Below, in pieces: positions 38,653-48,161 of a stretch of DNA of 53,727 bases. The stretch is from an uncultured Methanosarcinales archaeon (lineage in GTDB: Archaea; Nanobdellota; Nanobdellia; Woesearchaeales; CAYMBN01). The number at the start of each line of letters is the position of its first letter. Positions within the stretch are counted from its first letter, which is position 1. Both the position numbers and the translations under genes were made by a program. Location of the stretch: the NCBI GenBank assembly GCA_964388715.1, contig CAYMBN010000009.1, positions 1-53,727 of the forward strand, given 5' to 3'. The notes under the pieces are model-generated. The model made no database searches and was not told the DNA's origin. It saw only the letters and a list, made by a program, of their open reading frames with translations.

Positions 38653-38725
38653 AGCCCCATAGTGTAGCGGCCAATCATCGTGCCCTTTGGAGGCATGGAC
38701 CACGGTTCAAATCCGTGTGGGGCTA
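38653..38725 (+). tRNA. tRNA-Gln(TTG)
   Basis: Acceptor stem AGCCCCA/TGGGGCT, anticodon arm GTGCC-CTTTGGA-GGCAT, T arm CACGG-TTCAAAT-CCGTG; A1-U72 pair; no encoded CCA. Confidence 0.96.
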
Positions 38726-38785
38726 TTAAAAATCAAAGATTTTTAATCCCTCAAACTCTTACGAGATTTGAGGTATTTTTTCTTT
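38726..38785 (+). terminator. Two stem-loops and a T-tract after tRNA-Gln
   Basis: TTAAAAATC-AAA-GATTTTTAA, then CCTCAAA...TTTGAGG followed by TATTTTTT. Confidence 0.5.
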
Positions 38786-38798
38786 AAAAAAACAGCCC

Positions 38799-39659
38799 TT
38801 ACAAAGAAAAATTTAAACATAATTGTTCTGGAGAATAAGCTATACTTGGGACTAAACTTTCTAGTGTGGGAATAATCCCTCTATCCTCCTCAACATTATA
38901 AGTAGATAATGACTTAAAAAAATCATTTCCAATCACCTCCTCACTAACACACTCTGGTTTTCCATCCATTCCTGGCTGATATTTTCTCAGTACTCCAATA
39001 ATTCCATGTTTTTTATTCACAAGATCACACTCAATCTTTCTCCCAGTACTTTCTTCATACTCTTTTTTCGTCATAAAAAAGAACTCTTCAACCAATCCAT
39101 CTTTATTAAAATGAGTTACTTTTCCCATTCCTAAATTTGCATAAGGAGTTCTCATAATCTGGAAAGCTTCAATATTCATATTCTCTTCATTGTAAATAAC
39201 TTGTGGTAACATTATTGCTAATCTTGTTTTTGTACCTATTTCATCAATAGGGATACTGCCATCATAACTCATAAAATCATCAGGAATCATTTCAAATTCT
39301 TTTGTAACAGAATCATCTGAATTTACAACATAACGAATCCTTACTATTTTGTGTTCCTCCCTATCAACTCCAAAAACACCATCTTTTTTTTGGTATTTTC
39401 TTAAGTATCCTAAAAAATCCTCAATAGTTGGAATAGAACCAACAACTTTAGAAATATCTCTTTCTTTTACCAATCCTTTTACTTTTAATTTTTCTAATAA
39501 AGCACCACCATTTGCCAAATACAAAGCACCATGGTAACGTTCATTTTCTTCTTCAAAAGGTTCTCCTTCTGGAGAAAGAACTACACCATTCTTAATATAT
39601 GGTACACTCTTTTGCAAATCAGTATAATGTTGTTTTATTAGCCATTCAAATAAATTCAT
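38799..39659 (-). CDS. Hypothetical protein with degenerate diadenylate-cyclase (DisA_N/DAC)-like motifs
   Basis: HGALY, KDGVF (cf. DGA) and IGTKTRLA (cf. GTRHRAA) occur in family order; likely start is the ATG at 39659 after GAGTGA. Confidence 0.5.
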   Translation of the reverse strand: MNLFEWLIKQHYTDLQKSVPYIKNGVVLSPEGEPFEEENERYHGALYLANGGALLEKLKVKGLVKERDISKVVGSIPTIEDFLGYLRKYQKKDGVFGVDREEHKIVRIRYVVNSDDSVTKEFEMIPDDFMSYDGSIPIDEIGTKTRLAIMLPQVIYNEENMNIEAFQIMRTPYANLGMGKVTHFNKDGLVEEFFFMTKKEYEESTGRKIECDLVNKKHGIIGVLRKYQPGMDGKPECVSEEVIGNDFFKSLSTYNVEEDRGIIPTLESLVPSIAYSPEQLCLNFSL

Positions 39660-39784
39660 ATCTATCACTCTCTTATATACTAATATACACATCCCTATAT
39701 TTATGTGTAACTGTGCTCTTTTTTTTATTTTTAGGTAAAAAAATAGAAAAATTTATATATAAATAAAATAAATAACATATCATA

Positions 39785-40756
39785 ATGATAAATAAAGACT
39801 TAGTCTTTGTATATTCAGAAGATGCAAAAGTAAAAATCAAAGAATTAGCTTCTTTATTCAAAAAAAGTTCTCAGCTTATGAAATACTCATTAAAAGTCAT
39901 AGAAAAACAAGCTATTCTTTACAATCCATTTTGTATATTTGATTATTCACATTTTGGATTAATACTTTTCAGAGTTTACTTTAAAGGAGCTTATGTAAGT
40001 GAAAAAGATAAATCAGAAATCCTAAAAAAACTCACAGAAAATAATCATGTTGTTGCTGTTTACGAACTCAGCGGTGAATATGACTTAGTTGTTGAAATCC
40101 AAGCACCAAACCCATCTAGATTTAACAAAATTCTAAAGAACATTTCCAATTTAATCCCAACACTAAAACATTATAACACAATCCTTAACCTAGTCACACA
40201 TCTTTATCCAAAATCATACTTAACAAAAGCAGACAATCTACAATCCTACACTTCTCAACATATAATTGTTGGCGGTGACAGAGACTTAGAAACTTTTGAT
40301 AAAAAAGAATTAAGTGTAATGAAAGTTCTTTTGAACAATCCAAAAATTCGTTACACAACTTTAGCAAAAAAATCCAACCTAAATGTAAAAACAGTAAAAA
40401 CAATCCTAAACAATCTTCACAAAAAAAACATTATCAAAGGTTTCAAATATCTTATTGACACAGAAAACATGAACATCAACAAATTCAGACTCTTCCTCAA
40501 ACTTCACAACTCAACAAAAGAAAGAGAAAACAAATTGTTAAATTATTTCTTAAAAACAAAAGAAATAACTCAAGTAAACAAAACCCTTGGAGACTGGGAA
40601 CTAGAGATTGACCTAGAATCCCTAAACAAAACAAGAATAAGACAATTAACAATCGAAATAAGAGAACAATTCTCAGACATAATTGAAAACTTCAACATAA
40701 TGGAATTCTATAAAGAATACAGTAAGAGTTATTTAGGAAGGTTTGTTTTTGAGTAA
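39785..40756 (+). CDS. Tandem Lrp/AsnC-family transcriptional regulator
   Basis: Two HTH+RAM units (DAKVKIKELA...LSGEYDLVVEI; NPKIRYTTLAKK...TLGDWELEIDL). Confidence 0.88.
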   Translation: MINKDLVFVYSEDAKVKIKELASLFKKSSQLMKYSLKVIEKQAILYNPFCIFDYSHFGLILFRVYFKGAYVSEKDKSEILKKLTENNHVVAVYELSGEYDLVVEIQAPNPSRFNKILKNISNLIPTLKHYNTILNLVTHLYPKSYLTKADNLQSYTSQHIIVGGDRDLETFDKKELSVMKVLLNNPKIRYTTLAKKSNLNVKTVKTILNNLHKKNIIKGFKYLIDTENMNINKFRLFLKLHNSTKERENKLLNYFLKTKEITQVNKTLGDWELEIDLESLNKTRIRQLTIEIREQFSDIIENFNIMEFYKEYSKSYLGRFVFE

Positions 40757-40791
40757 AAATTTATAAATATCCCAATAATTCTAAATATTAA

Positions 40792-41148
40792 ATGAATCCT
40801 AATACAAGAATTAAACTTGAAGACCTGACTAAAGAACATTTGAGTAAGTTTTTTGATATTTATAGAAGTTTAGGTTTGGTCCGTGATGATGATCCTTTAA
40901 GTCATATCTCTTTTGACATGGTTAAGGAAGGGATTAGAAGAGGAAGCTATGAACTTAGACCAGTTTTAGCAATAGATACTGGTAAATTGTTAGTCGGTCA
41001 AAGATTAAATGATTCAGATGCTCAATTATATATTCATACTTATATTGCTGTTAGCCCTCAATATAAGGGTTTACATAAAGTTGATATTGATGCAGTGAAT
41101 GTATGTGAACTTTATGATCAAGCAATAAGGGAAGAGTTTTTGGAATAA
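40792..41148 (+). CDS. Hypothetical protein
   Basis: 118 aa ORF with a TTTATAAA box upstream; no recognisable motif. Confidence 0.65.
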   Translation: MNPNTRIKLEDLTKEHLSKFFDIYRSLGLVRDDDPLSHISFDMVKEGIRRGSYELRPVLAIDTGKLLVGQRLNDSDAQLYIHTYIAVSPQYKGLHKVDIDAVNVCELYDQAIREEFLE

Positions 41149-41172
41149 ATATTAAATTTATGGAGGATAAAA

Positions 41173-41454
41173 ATGCCAAAAAAAGTTAATGCATCACACA
41201 TATTAGTTAAAACAGAATCAGAAGCAAATGTTGTCTTATACGACGTAACACACGGTAAATCTTTTGAAGAAGTTGCAAAAGATAAATCACTTTGTCCTTC
41301 TGGAAAGAAAGGTGGAAGTCTTGGATGGTTTAGCAGAGGACAAATGGTTAAAGAATTTGAAACCGCAGCATTCTCACTCCAAAAAGGAGAAATATCACAA
41401 CCAGTAAAAACAAGATTCGGCTGGCATGTGATTAAGGTTGATGATTTGAAATAG
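41173..41454 (+). CDS. Parvulin-type peptidyl-prolyl cis-trans isomerase
   Basis: ASHILV, SLCPSGKKGGSLGWF..GQMVKEFE.AAF, PVKT.FGWHVI; GGAGG RBS. Confidence 0.95.
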   Translation: MPKKVNASHILVKTESEANVVLYDVTHGKSFEEVAKDKSLCPSGKKGGSLGWFSRGQMVKEFETAAFSLQKGEISQPVKTRFGWHVIKVDDLK

Positions 41455-41458
41455 AAAG

Positions 41459-42070
41459 TTACAACCAGAATTTTATGTGCTTACTAGTATCAACACCTAA
41501 TTCTTCTAAACCGCGTGGTAATGGACTGTAATCTTGTTGTTCTCTAAGAAGTTTAGCAAAATAATCAGATTCTTTCTTTTGTAAGTTTTGTAACCAATAT
41601 TCACTTAATTCATCAACCTTATCAAAAAAATCTTTCCCTTGTTTAAAATCTGTTTCAATCTCTTCAATTCGTTGGTATAAATTTCTTAATATCTCTGTAT
41701 TAAAAAAATCTTTAGAATCAGGAAGATAAAATCCAGTAAAATTCCTTTTAACTAATCCAAATGAATTTTCATGATCTGCAATTGCAAGAATTTCATCAAT
41801 CACTTGTTTTGATTCAGTAAACAGATCTGGTACAATAGATAATGCCTCTTCGCTTAGACTTTCAAACACATATTTCTCCATATTTCCAATAATCCCTTGT
41901 ATTGGTCCGCAAGAATCTCCGTAAAACTTTAAAGGACAAGGAATCAACTTCTCATCTTTAGTTATATAATAAGTATTAAGTAACTCTTTATACTTACATC
42001 CCATCCTTCCCACTAAATATTCTGGACTTACCATCTTCAACAACTCTATCAGAACCTCTTTAGAAACCAA
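41459..42070 (-). CDS. Hypothetical protein
   Basis: 203 aa ORF starting 3 nt after the stop of the preceding minus-strand gene. Confidence 0.65.
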   Translation of the reverse strand: MVSKEVLIELLKMVSPEYLVGRMGCKYKELLNTYYITKDEKLIPCPLKFYGDSCGPIQGIIGNMEKYVFESLSEEALSIVPDLFTESKQVIDEILAIADHENSFGLVKRNFTGFYLPDSKDFFNTEILRNLYQRIEEIETDFKQGKDFFDKVDELSEYWLQNLQKKESDYFAKLLREQQDYSPLPRGLEELGVDTSKHIKFWL

Positions 42071-42073
42071 AAA

Positions 42074-43273
42074 CTAGAATTTATTTATAAATATTATTAC
42101 TTTTCCCTCATCAGCATCAACTTCAACCATAACACCATTCTTCAAAACCTTACTACCATTCTTCGTCCCAATCACACATGGAATATTCATTTCTCTGCTT
42201 ACAATAGCTGCATGACAACTTAATCCGCCTTCATCAGTTACAATCGCAGCAGCTTTGCTCATTATTGGCACAAAATCAGGTGTTGTCATTGTTGTAACAA
42301 GTACTTCTCCTTGCTTAAAATCCTTAAACTGCTCAGGACCAAGAATAATTCTAACCTTTCCAACAACTTTGCCTTTACAAGCAGTTGTTCCTTTTACCTG
42401 ACCACTAACTTCTTCTTTATTATAATAATCAAAAAGCTCCTGAGCCTCATCACCAGATAACAAAACTTCTTTATCATCTAAAATTCCAATCACAAAACAC
42501 TGCTTTCTTTTTTCAATCTCTTCTTTAGAAACCTCACGATTAATAACTTCATTATAAGTTAACATAAAAAAATCATCTCTTTCCACACCCAACTCCTTAG
42601 CAATCTTCTGCGCAACAGGCTCAATATAATACCATAATTGTTGTGAAAGTTCTTTCATCCTATTCCTTAAATAAATTCCAACCTGTAATGCAGTCACAAA
42701 ATGATTATCAATCTCAGGCTTTTCCACTTCTTTCTTTTCCTTTACTTCAAAATTCTTTTCATCAACTTCTTGAATTATATTATAAGCAGTCTTAATCCAA
42801 GGAAAAGCTTTTCCCATCTCCAGTTCCTTATAAGGAACAGCATAATCCTCAATTACTTCCTTACTCAATTGCTTCTCACAATAATCAGTCAAAGGAACAG
42901 CAATAACATAATACTTTTGTACAGCTTTCAACAACTTAACATACATCTTAAACGCTTTTATCTTATCCATATCATTAATCTTCCCAATAAAATCCTTAAC
43001 TTCCAAAACAATCTGTTCAAACTCATCAAAAATCTTCAAAGCCCAATCCTTATCCTCTTCAAAAGCCTCCCTAAACTTCTCAACAAACAACTTAGTTACT
43101 TTATCATCATATAAATTAATATCCTTAACCCAGAAAATATTGTCATACTTAACACTAACATTAGGAGTTAACCTAATCTCTTGCACTTCTGCCTCATTAC
43201 ATATTCCTTTTGACTGCAAGAAACCAACTCTAGTCACACGCTTCTCCCAGACAATTGATTTAATTTTGTTCAT
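42074..43273 (-). CDS. Protein with C-terminal PEP-utilising enzyme mobile (phospho-His swivel) domain
   Basis: GEVLVTTMTTPDFVP.M.KAAAIVTDEGGLSCHAAIVSREMNIPCVIG; no ATP-grasp domain; likely start at 43273. Confidence 0.85.
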   Translation of the reverse strand: MNKIKSIVWEKRVTRVGFLQSKGICNEAEVQEIRLTPNVSVKYDNIFWVKDINLYDDKVTKLFVEKFREAFEEDKDWALKIFDEFEQIVLEVKDFIGKINDMDKIKAFKMYVKLLKAVQKYYVIAVPLTDYCEKQLSKEVIEDYAVPYKELEMGKAFPWIKTAYNIIQEVDEKNFEVKEKKEVEKPEIDNHFVTALQVGIYLRNRMKELSQQLWYYIEPVAQKIAKELGVERDDFFMLTYNEVINREVSKEEIEKRKQCFVIGILDDKEVLLSGDEAQELFDYYNKEEVSGQVKGTTACKGKVVGKVRIILGPEQFKDFKQGEVLVTTMTTPDFVPIMSKAAAIVTDEGGLSCHAAIVSREMNIPCVIGTKNGSKVLKNGVMVEVDADEGKVIIFINKF

Positions 43274-43298
43274 ACAAGTGCTAATTATCACTTTACTT

Positions 43299-44690
43299 TT
43301 AAATATTTCTCTCTAAGATCTCAATAATCCCTTTCTTACCATCAATTGAAATCAAATCACCATCATTAATTACCTGTGTAGCATCCTTTGCACCAACAAT
43401 ACATGGTAAACCAATCTCTCTTGCAATAATTGCTGCGTGTGATGCAATACCACCTTCGTTTGTGATTATTGCAGAAGCTCTTCTCATGTGTGGTACAAAA
43501 TCCTGTCTTGTCATTGCTGCAACCATAATTTCTCCATTTTGTAATTTATCAAAATCTAAATTAGTATTAATCACTCTCGCAATCCCCTTATGATTGCCTT
43601 TTGAAGCTGTTACTCCTTGAATAATCTTAATCTCTTTATTCACTTTATACAAACCTAACTCAGCCACCTTTTGCTTGATAATGTTTCCAGAATAAATCTT
43701 CACATTATCATCCAATTGAATCAATAAAAAAGCATTTTTTCTTTGTTCTATTTCTTGTTTGTTAAACTGGATAGATTTTTCTAAGTGTTCTTCAATCTCT
43801 TTGTTAGTCAACAAAGCAACCTCTTTAACATTTAATCCAATCCTTTTACCAATCTCCTTATAAAAATCTCTTATGCAAAGATTAAGCTTCTGCCTAACCA
43901 TATCCCTATAATCTCTAAAAACAACTGCTTTTTTTAACATCATGATTAGATCATAGAGTTTCTCATCAGGCTTTTCTAAACTTAAAGCATTTTCAAAATC
44001 AATTTGTCTTTGTTTTAATGAATCTTGGATCTTCCTAAGCTCTTCTTCAGCATTACTTATCTTTTCTAGCTCTTTCTTAAAATGTTCAACTGTATAAGGT
44101 TCGTGATCAAAGTCAAACATTGGGATATGTTTATACTTTTCAGCATGTTTCTCTAAATCCCCATCATTAATCTTTATTCTCAACAGATCAATCCTTTCAT
44201 TTGTAACATCATTTGGTTTAAGCGGAATAGAGAACACTGTAGACAATTCCTTATTCCTTAACATACCTTCAACCTTCATCACAATTCTTTGACAAACCCT
44301 AAAACCCATCCACATTCTTGTGTAATAATTTGCATGGTGGAATGAAAATTGTTTGTAAAGTTGAGATAATTCTTTGTTTAAGAGTTTGTTTGGGTATTTA
44401 ATTAATTGTTTTATGTAAAAATATGTCTCTTCAACAAACTCTTTTGCTTCTGGTATTAATCCAAAAACAAACTCAGGATTATCAAGCAACTTATCAATAT
44501 CCTTATGGAATTGTTCAATCTGCTTATCAGTAAAATAATCAGTCTTCTTTCCATCAAAGTAAACTAATGTGTTCATAACTCCTGTTCTATACCTTCTTTT
44601 GAACAACCTACCATATCCATAATTCCAGGCAATTGCAACTTGTGCTGCAAGTCTTCTTGTAACATGATGTTTCCAATTAATCTTGTTCAT
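43299..44690 (-). CDS. Protein with C-terminal PEP-utilising enzyme mobile domain (paralog)
   Basis: GEIMVAAMTRQDF..TNEGGIASHAAIIAREIGLPCIVG; the ATG at 44690 follows GGTGA. Confidence 0.85.
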   Translation of the reverse strand: MNKINWKHHVTRRLAAQVAIAWNYGYGRLFKRRYRTGVMNTLVYFDGKKTDYFTDKQIEQFHKDIDKLLDNPEFVFGLIPEAKEFVEETYFYIKQLIKYPNKLLNKELSQLYKQFSFHHANYYTRMWMGFRVCQRIVMKVEGMLRNKELSTVFSIPLKPNDVTNERIDLLRIKINDGDLEKHAEKYKHIPMFDFDHEPYTVEHFKKELEKISNAEEELRKIQDSLKQRQIDFENALSLEKPDEKLYDLIMMLKKAVVFRDYRDMVRQKLNLCIRDFYKEIGKRIGLNVKEVALLTNKEIEEHLEKSIQFNKQEIEQRKNAFLLIQLDDNVKIYSGNIIKQKVAELGLYKVNKEIKIIQGVTASKGNHKGIARVINTNLDFDKLQNGEIMVAAMTRQDFVPHMRRASAIITNEGGIASHAAIIAREIGLPCIVGAKDATQVINDGDLISIDGKKGIIEILERNI

Positions 44691-45324
44691 CTGTATCACC
44701 TTCTTGTTCTGAATTATTGTCTTTTTCTGAAATTGAGCTAATTATTGTGTAACCTTTTTCTGTATCACCTAATCCATCATCTGTTGCATCTTTATTAATA
44801 TGATAGACTTTGAAACCTTCTCCAATCTTTTCACTTGCTTTTACAGCTTCTTCAACATCTTTTAATGTATCATCACAATAAGATTCTATTCTTTGTCCTT
44901 GTTTTAGTAATTCTTCATAAGCTTCCAAGAACATCTTAACTGTTTTCTTATTTCCTGTGCCAGCTTGTTCAGAACTGTATATTTCATCAATATATTTTTC
45001 TAACCCTGCTCCTTCAATACAACTTTTAACCATCTCATCAGTTCCAACACTGAAAAGAAATATTTTGTCTCCTCTGCTTCTTTCATACATTAATTGTTCT
45101 TCTACTCCTTTAAGTGGATAAACTTCTATTTCACCACTTTTAATACCTTGTCTTTGAAGTCTTGAAACCTCTCTTGTGTATTCTTCATCTTCAAATAATA
45201 ATTCTTTAATATTATCTCCTGGTTTTAGTCCATATTTTGGATTAAGATTTTGAATAACATAATCATCTCTTCCTTCCATGTTTACCAATGTTTTACCAAT
45301 ATCATATGCTTGTACTTTTATCAT
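44677..45324 (-). CDS. HAD-superfamily hydrolase
   Basis: Motif I AYDIGKTLV, motif II FLFSVG, motif III K, motif IV YCDD...DVEEA. Confidence 0.75.
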   Translation of the reverse strand: MIKVQAYDIGKTLVNMEGRDDYVIQNLNPKYGLKPGDNIKELLFEDEEYTREVSRLQRQGIKSGEIEVYPLKGVEEQLMYERSRGDKIFLFSVGTDEMVKSCIEGAGLEKYIDEIYSSEQAGTGNKKTVKMFLEAYEELLKQGQRIESYCDDTLKDVEEAVKASEKIGEGFKVYHINKDATDDGLGDTEKGYTIISSISEKDNNSEQEGDTDEQD

Positions 45325-45410
45325 TTTATAGCTCCAGCTATCTTAAATTATTACAATACAACTTTAAGATGCTAATAATTATAGAAACAGGGAACTATAT
45401 AAACTTTCGT

Positions 45411-45426
45411 GGTGGTAGTTACCACC
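45411..45426. promoter_or_regulatory. Inverted repeat GGTGGTA-GT-TACCACC between divergent TATA boxes (putative operator)
   Basis: Perfect 7-bp arms. A minus-strand TTTATATA lies just to the left and a plus-strand TTTAAATA at 45433-45440. Confidence 0.6.
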
Positions 45427-45462
45427 AAAACATTTAAATATCCAAAATGTTTCAATGATCTT

Positions 45463-46203
45463 ATGTATCAAGAACTATTAAGAGAAATCGGCTTAAGCCC
45501 TAATGAATCTAAAGTATATGAAGCACTACTTCAATTAGGAGAAACTTCTGTTCAACTTATATCCCTCAAATCAAAAGTTCACAGAAGAAATGTTTATGAT
45601 TCTATAAACAAACTAATTGAAAAAGGACTTGCTTCTGAAATATTTATCAAAGGAGAAAAACATTTCAAAGCAATCAATCCAAGAAGATTACTTGAACTAC
45701 TTCAGGAAAAACAAGAAAAAATCAATAAAGTTCTACCTGAAATGCAAGCTAAGTACGAAGCTGTTGAAGAAAAAGAAGAAGCATACCTGTACCGTGGAAT
45801 TGAAGGATTCAAAAATTATCTCCAAGACATTCTAAAAACAAAAGAAACAGTATATTTTATTGGTGCAAAAGCTTTGTGGTTAGATGAAAGATTAAAACAT
45901 TATCTGCCACACTTTGAAAGAAAACGTAAAAAGCTTGGAATTAAGTTTATGCATTTATTTGACCATGATGTAAAAGAAAAAAAACCAGAAATCCTTAAAT
46001 TAGTTGGCAAACCATACAAGTTCCTCCCAAAACAATATTCAAGTCCAACTGCAATTGATATTTTTGGACCTTATGTTGTAACTTTTGTTGGCGTTGGTAT
46101 TGGCCAACTATATGAGGAACCAATCCAATTTGTAATGAAAAGCAGAAAACTCGCAGATGGCTATAAAAAATTCTTTCAGTTTATGTGGGATAATTGTGAA
46201 TAA
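45463..46203 (+). CDS. TrmB-family transcriptional regulator
   Basis: LREIGLSPNESKVYEALL.LG...VHRRNVYD..L..KGL HTH, then YRGIEGFK effector domain. Likely leaderless ATG at 45463, ~23 nt after the TATA box. Confidence 0.9.
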   Translation: MYQELLREIGLSPNESKVYEALLQLGETSVQLISLKSKVHRRNVYDSINKLIEKGLASEIFIKGEKHFKAINPRRLLELLQEKQEKINKVLPEMQAKYEAVEEKEEAYLYRGIEGFKNYLQDILKTKETVYFIGAKALWLDERLKHYLPHFERKRKKLGIKFMHLFDHDVKEKKPEILKLVGKPYKFLPKQYSSPTAIDIFGPYVVTFVGVGIGQLYEEPIQFVMKSRKLADGYKKFFQFMWDNCE

Positions 46204-46206
46204 AAT

Positions 46207-46341
46207 CGCCGTGGCCCAGATTTGAATTCCCCGATTTCTAGGAAATTTTTCCTAAAAATCTCTGGGATATCCCGAAGGAAACGGGCTAACTTGCGTTTAT
46301 AGACTCAAGGCCCGCGCAGTACCAGGTTGTGCCACCACGGC
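46207..46341 (-). tRNA. tRNA-Ser(TGA) with two introns (37/38 and 53/54)
   Basis: Removing 46288-46303 and 46227-46261 gives GCCGTGG TG GCAC AACCTGGTAC TGC G CGGGC CTTGAGA GCCCG TTTCCTTCGGGATAT CCCAG TTCAAAT CTGGG CCACGGC G (84 nt, long variable arm, G73). Confidence 0.9.
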
Positions 46342-46427
46342 ATAAAGTATAATAAAAAGAAGTGATTTAAAAAGGTTTCTTTTAAGAATATAAATATTTA
46401 AAAATAAATTCATCCTTTTTAGTTTTT

Positions 46428-47357
46428 ATGAGTAAAAGGAAAAAAAAGAAGTATAGAAAAATGAAAAGGGAATTGAAGAATCCAAAGCCTTCTTCTCTTG
46501 TTCCAGCGATTATCCTTTTTTTTGCAGCTCTTATTGGGTTAGCTGTAGGTCAGTATTCAAGTCTTCTTTCTAATTTTGTGAAACCTGATATTAAACCAGG
46601 AATTTCAGATAAATTATCCCAGCCAAAAAGGACTGTGAAAAAGGTTGGAGAGTCTTTAGAGGAAAGAATTGGAATCTACAGAGGTATACTAGAAAAACCT
46701 AATCTGAAAAAGCAGATGTATTATCTAATTGATAAACTTTATAATGCTGGACAGGGGTTGGTTGGTGGCCAGGTTTATATTAAAGATGACTTAATGGTTT
46801 TTCTTGATTTTAGGAATCATGCTTATGATCTTTTTGGCCAGTATATTGAGAAATTAGATCCTCCGACAATTTCAACTGAAGAATTAGATCATCTGATTAC
46901 AGGAATAGAAGCTTACACTCAAGTACTTTCTGAGGAAGATTTTGAGGGAAATGATTATGTTGAGTCATTGATTGAAGCAAGTGGTCCACTAATTAAAACC
47001 TTAAAATTCTTTAGGGACCGACCAGAAGATCTTCAATATTTTTATAATAATATTTCTGAATTTAGAGAACTTCATGGTAACTTTGCTCAAGTGTTAATGG
47101 ATATATATGTTAATTCACAATTTGTTAATGCAAACATTGACCAAACTATTGATGAAAATATTACTGGTTTTTCTTTTATAGGTGATTTTGTTCTTTCTGA
47201 TACTGGATTACCACCTACTGAATCTATGCAAGCGGCTACTAAAGAAGAAGGTATACCCAAATTTGTACTAGCTGATATGCTTAATTATAAGATTGATGTT
47301 TATTATGTTGAACAAGGGAAGAGTCATTTCTTGGGAAGGTATGATGTTGCACAATAA
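46428..47357 (+). CDS. Hypothetical protein with N-terminal basic stretch and one TM helix
   Basis: 309 aa; TM LVPAIILFFAALIGLAVG. Confidence 0.7.
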   Translation: MSKRKKKKYRKMKRELKNPKPSSLVPAIILFFAALIGLAVGQYSSLLSNFVKPDIKPGISDKLSQPKRTVKKVGESLEERIGIYRGILEKPNLKKQMYYLIDKLYNAGQGLVGGQVYIKDDLMVFLDFRNHAYDLFGQYIEKLDPPTISTEELDHLITGIEAYTQVLSEEDFEGNDYVESLIEASGPLIKTLKFFRDRPEDLQYFYNNISEFRELHGNFAQVLMDIYVNSQFVNANIDQTIDENITGFSFIGDFVLSDTGLPPTESMQAATKEEGIPKFVLADMLNYKIDVYYVEQGKSHFLGRYDVAQ

Positions 47358-47403
47358 CATTTAAATATATCAAAAATAATACTATTTCTGGGGTGAGTTT
47401 ATC

Positions 47404-47652
47404 ATGGAAAAAACCGAAGTTGGAAAAATAACTCATTTTTTTGGTAAAATAGGAGTAGCTGTTGTTGAATTAAGTAAAGGACTAAAAACAGGAGATAAAA
47501 TTCTTATTGAAGGTCATGGTCATGCAGTAGAACAGAATGTTGATTCAATGCAGATTGAACACGAAAAGATTGAAGAAGCAAAAGCAGGACAAAGTGTTGG
47601 AATGAAAACAGCAGAACCAGTCAAACCAGGAGATATTGTGTTTAAGGTTTAA
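47404..47652 (+). CDS. Small translation-factor domain II-like beta-barrel protein
   Basis: VGKITHFFGKIGVAVVEL...L..GD.I...Q.V.SMQIEH..I..A..GQSVG; GGGGTGA RBS. Confidence 0.85.
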   Translation: MEKTEVGKITHFFGKIGVAVVELSKGLKTGDKILIEGHGHAVEQNVDSMQIEHEKIEEAKAGQSVGMKTAEPVKPGDIVFKV

Positions 47653-47679
47653 TTATTTCTTTTTGATATTTTTTATAAC

Positions 47680-47716
47680 TACTACTTAGTGATCACAAAA
47701 CCAAAAGATTTATATA
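47680..47716 (+). promoter_or_regulatory. TACT-N4-AGTG box plus BRE/TATA
   Basis: TACTacttAGTG, then 17 nt including CCAAAAGA, then TTTATATA at 47709-47716. Confidence 0.6.
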
Positions 47717-47740
47717 TCATCTCTTATTCTTTAATATAAA

Positions 47741-48160
47741 ATGGCAGAAACATTATTTAGAAAAGTAAGCGGTGACTATGCTGTACATCCTGGTTACTCA
47801 CATACTTTATCTGACAAATTAGAATTAATATTTGAACAGAGTATCTACCCAGAAGGGAAACCTGCTATTGGTGTTGTTTATAGAGGCACAACTCTTGCTG
47901 ATGTTGCTTTCATTGACAAGGAAGATAACTTAAAAGCTGAAAGAATTAGTAGTCCTGTAGGAGGCCCTCCAAGAATATCTTTTCTAGATACTAATTCAAT
48001 TATAGAACTTTTCAAAATACTAGCTCTTAACGAACACAAATTCTTTGATGAAAATAGTGGCATCCCACCACAAGATGGTGCTCAATATATAGCTCCAATT
48101 TATGAAAAAATTGCAGAAGGACCACCTTCTTATAAAGAACTTGATATTTTTAACTCTTGA
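47741..48160 (+). CDS. Hypothetical protein
   Basis: 139 aa ORF 24 nt downstream of a TATA box (probably leaderless). Confidence 0.7.
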   Translation: MAETLFRKVSGDYAVHPGYSHTLSDKLELIFEQSIYPEGKPAIGVVYRGTTLADVAFIDKEDNLKAERISSPVGGPPRISFLDTNSIIELFKILALNEHKFFDENSGIPPQDGAQYIAPIYEKIAEGPPSYKELDIFNS

Positions 48161-48161
48161 T

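Noticed and set aside
42074..44690. Calling these genes PEP synthase (ppsA) or PPDK
   Set aside because: Only the His swivel domain is present; the ATP-grasp and PEP/pyruvate-binding barrel motifs are missing.
46305..46307. TGA read as a selenocysteine or suppressor tRNA
   Set aside because: Anticodon UGA reads the Ser codon UCA; tRNA-Sec has anticodon UCA. The 7-bp acceptor stem and G73 fit ordinary tRNA-Ser.
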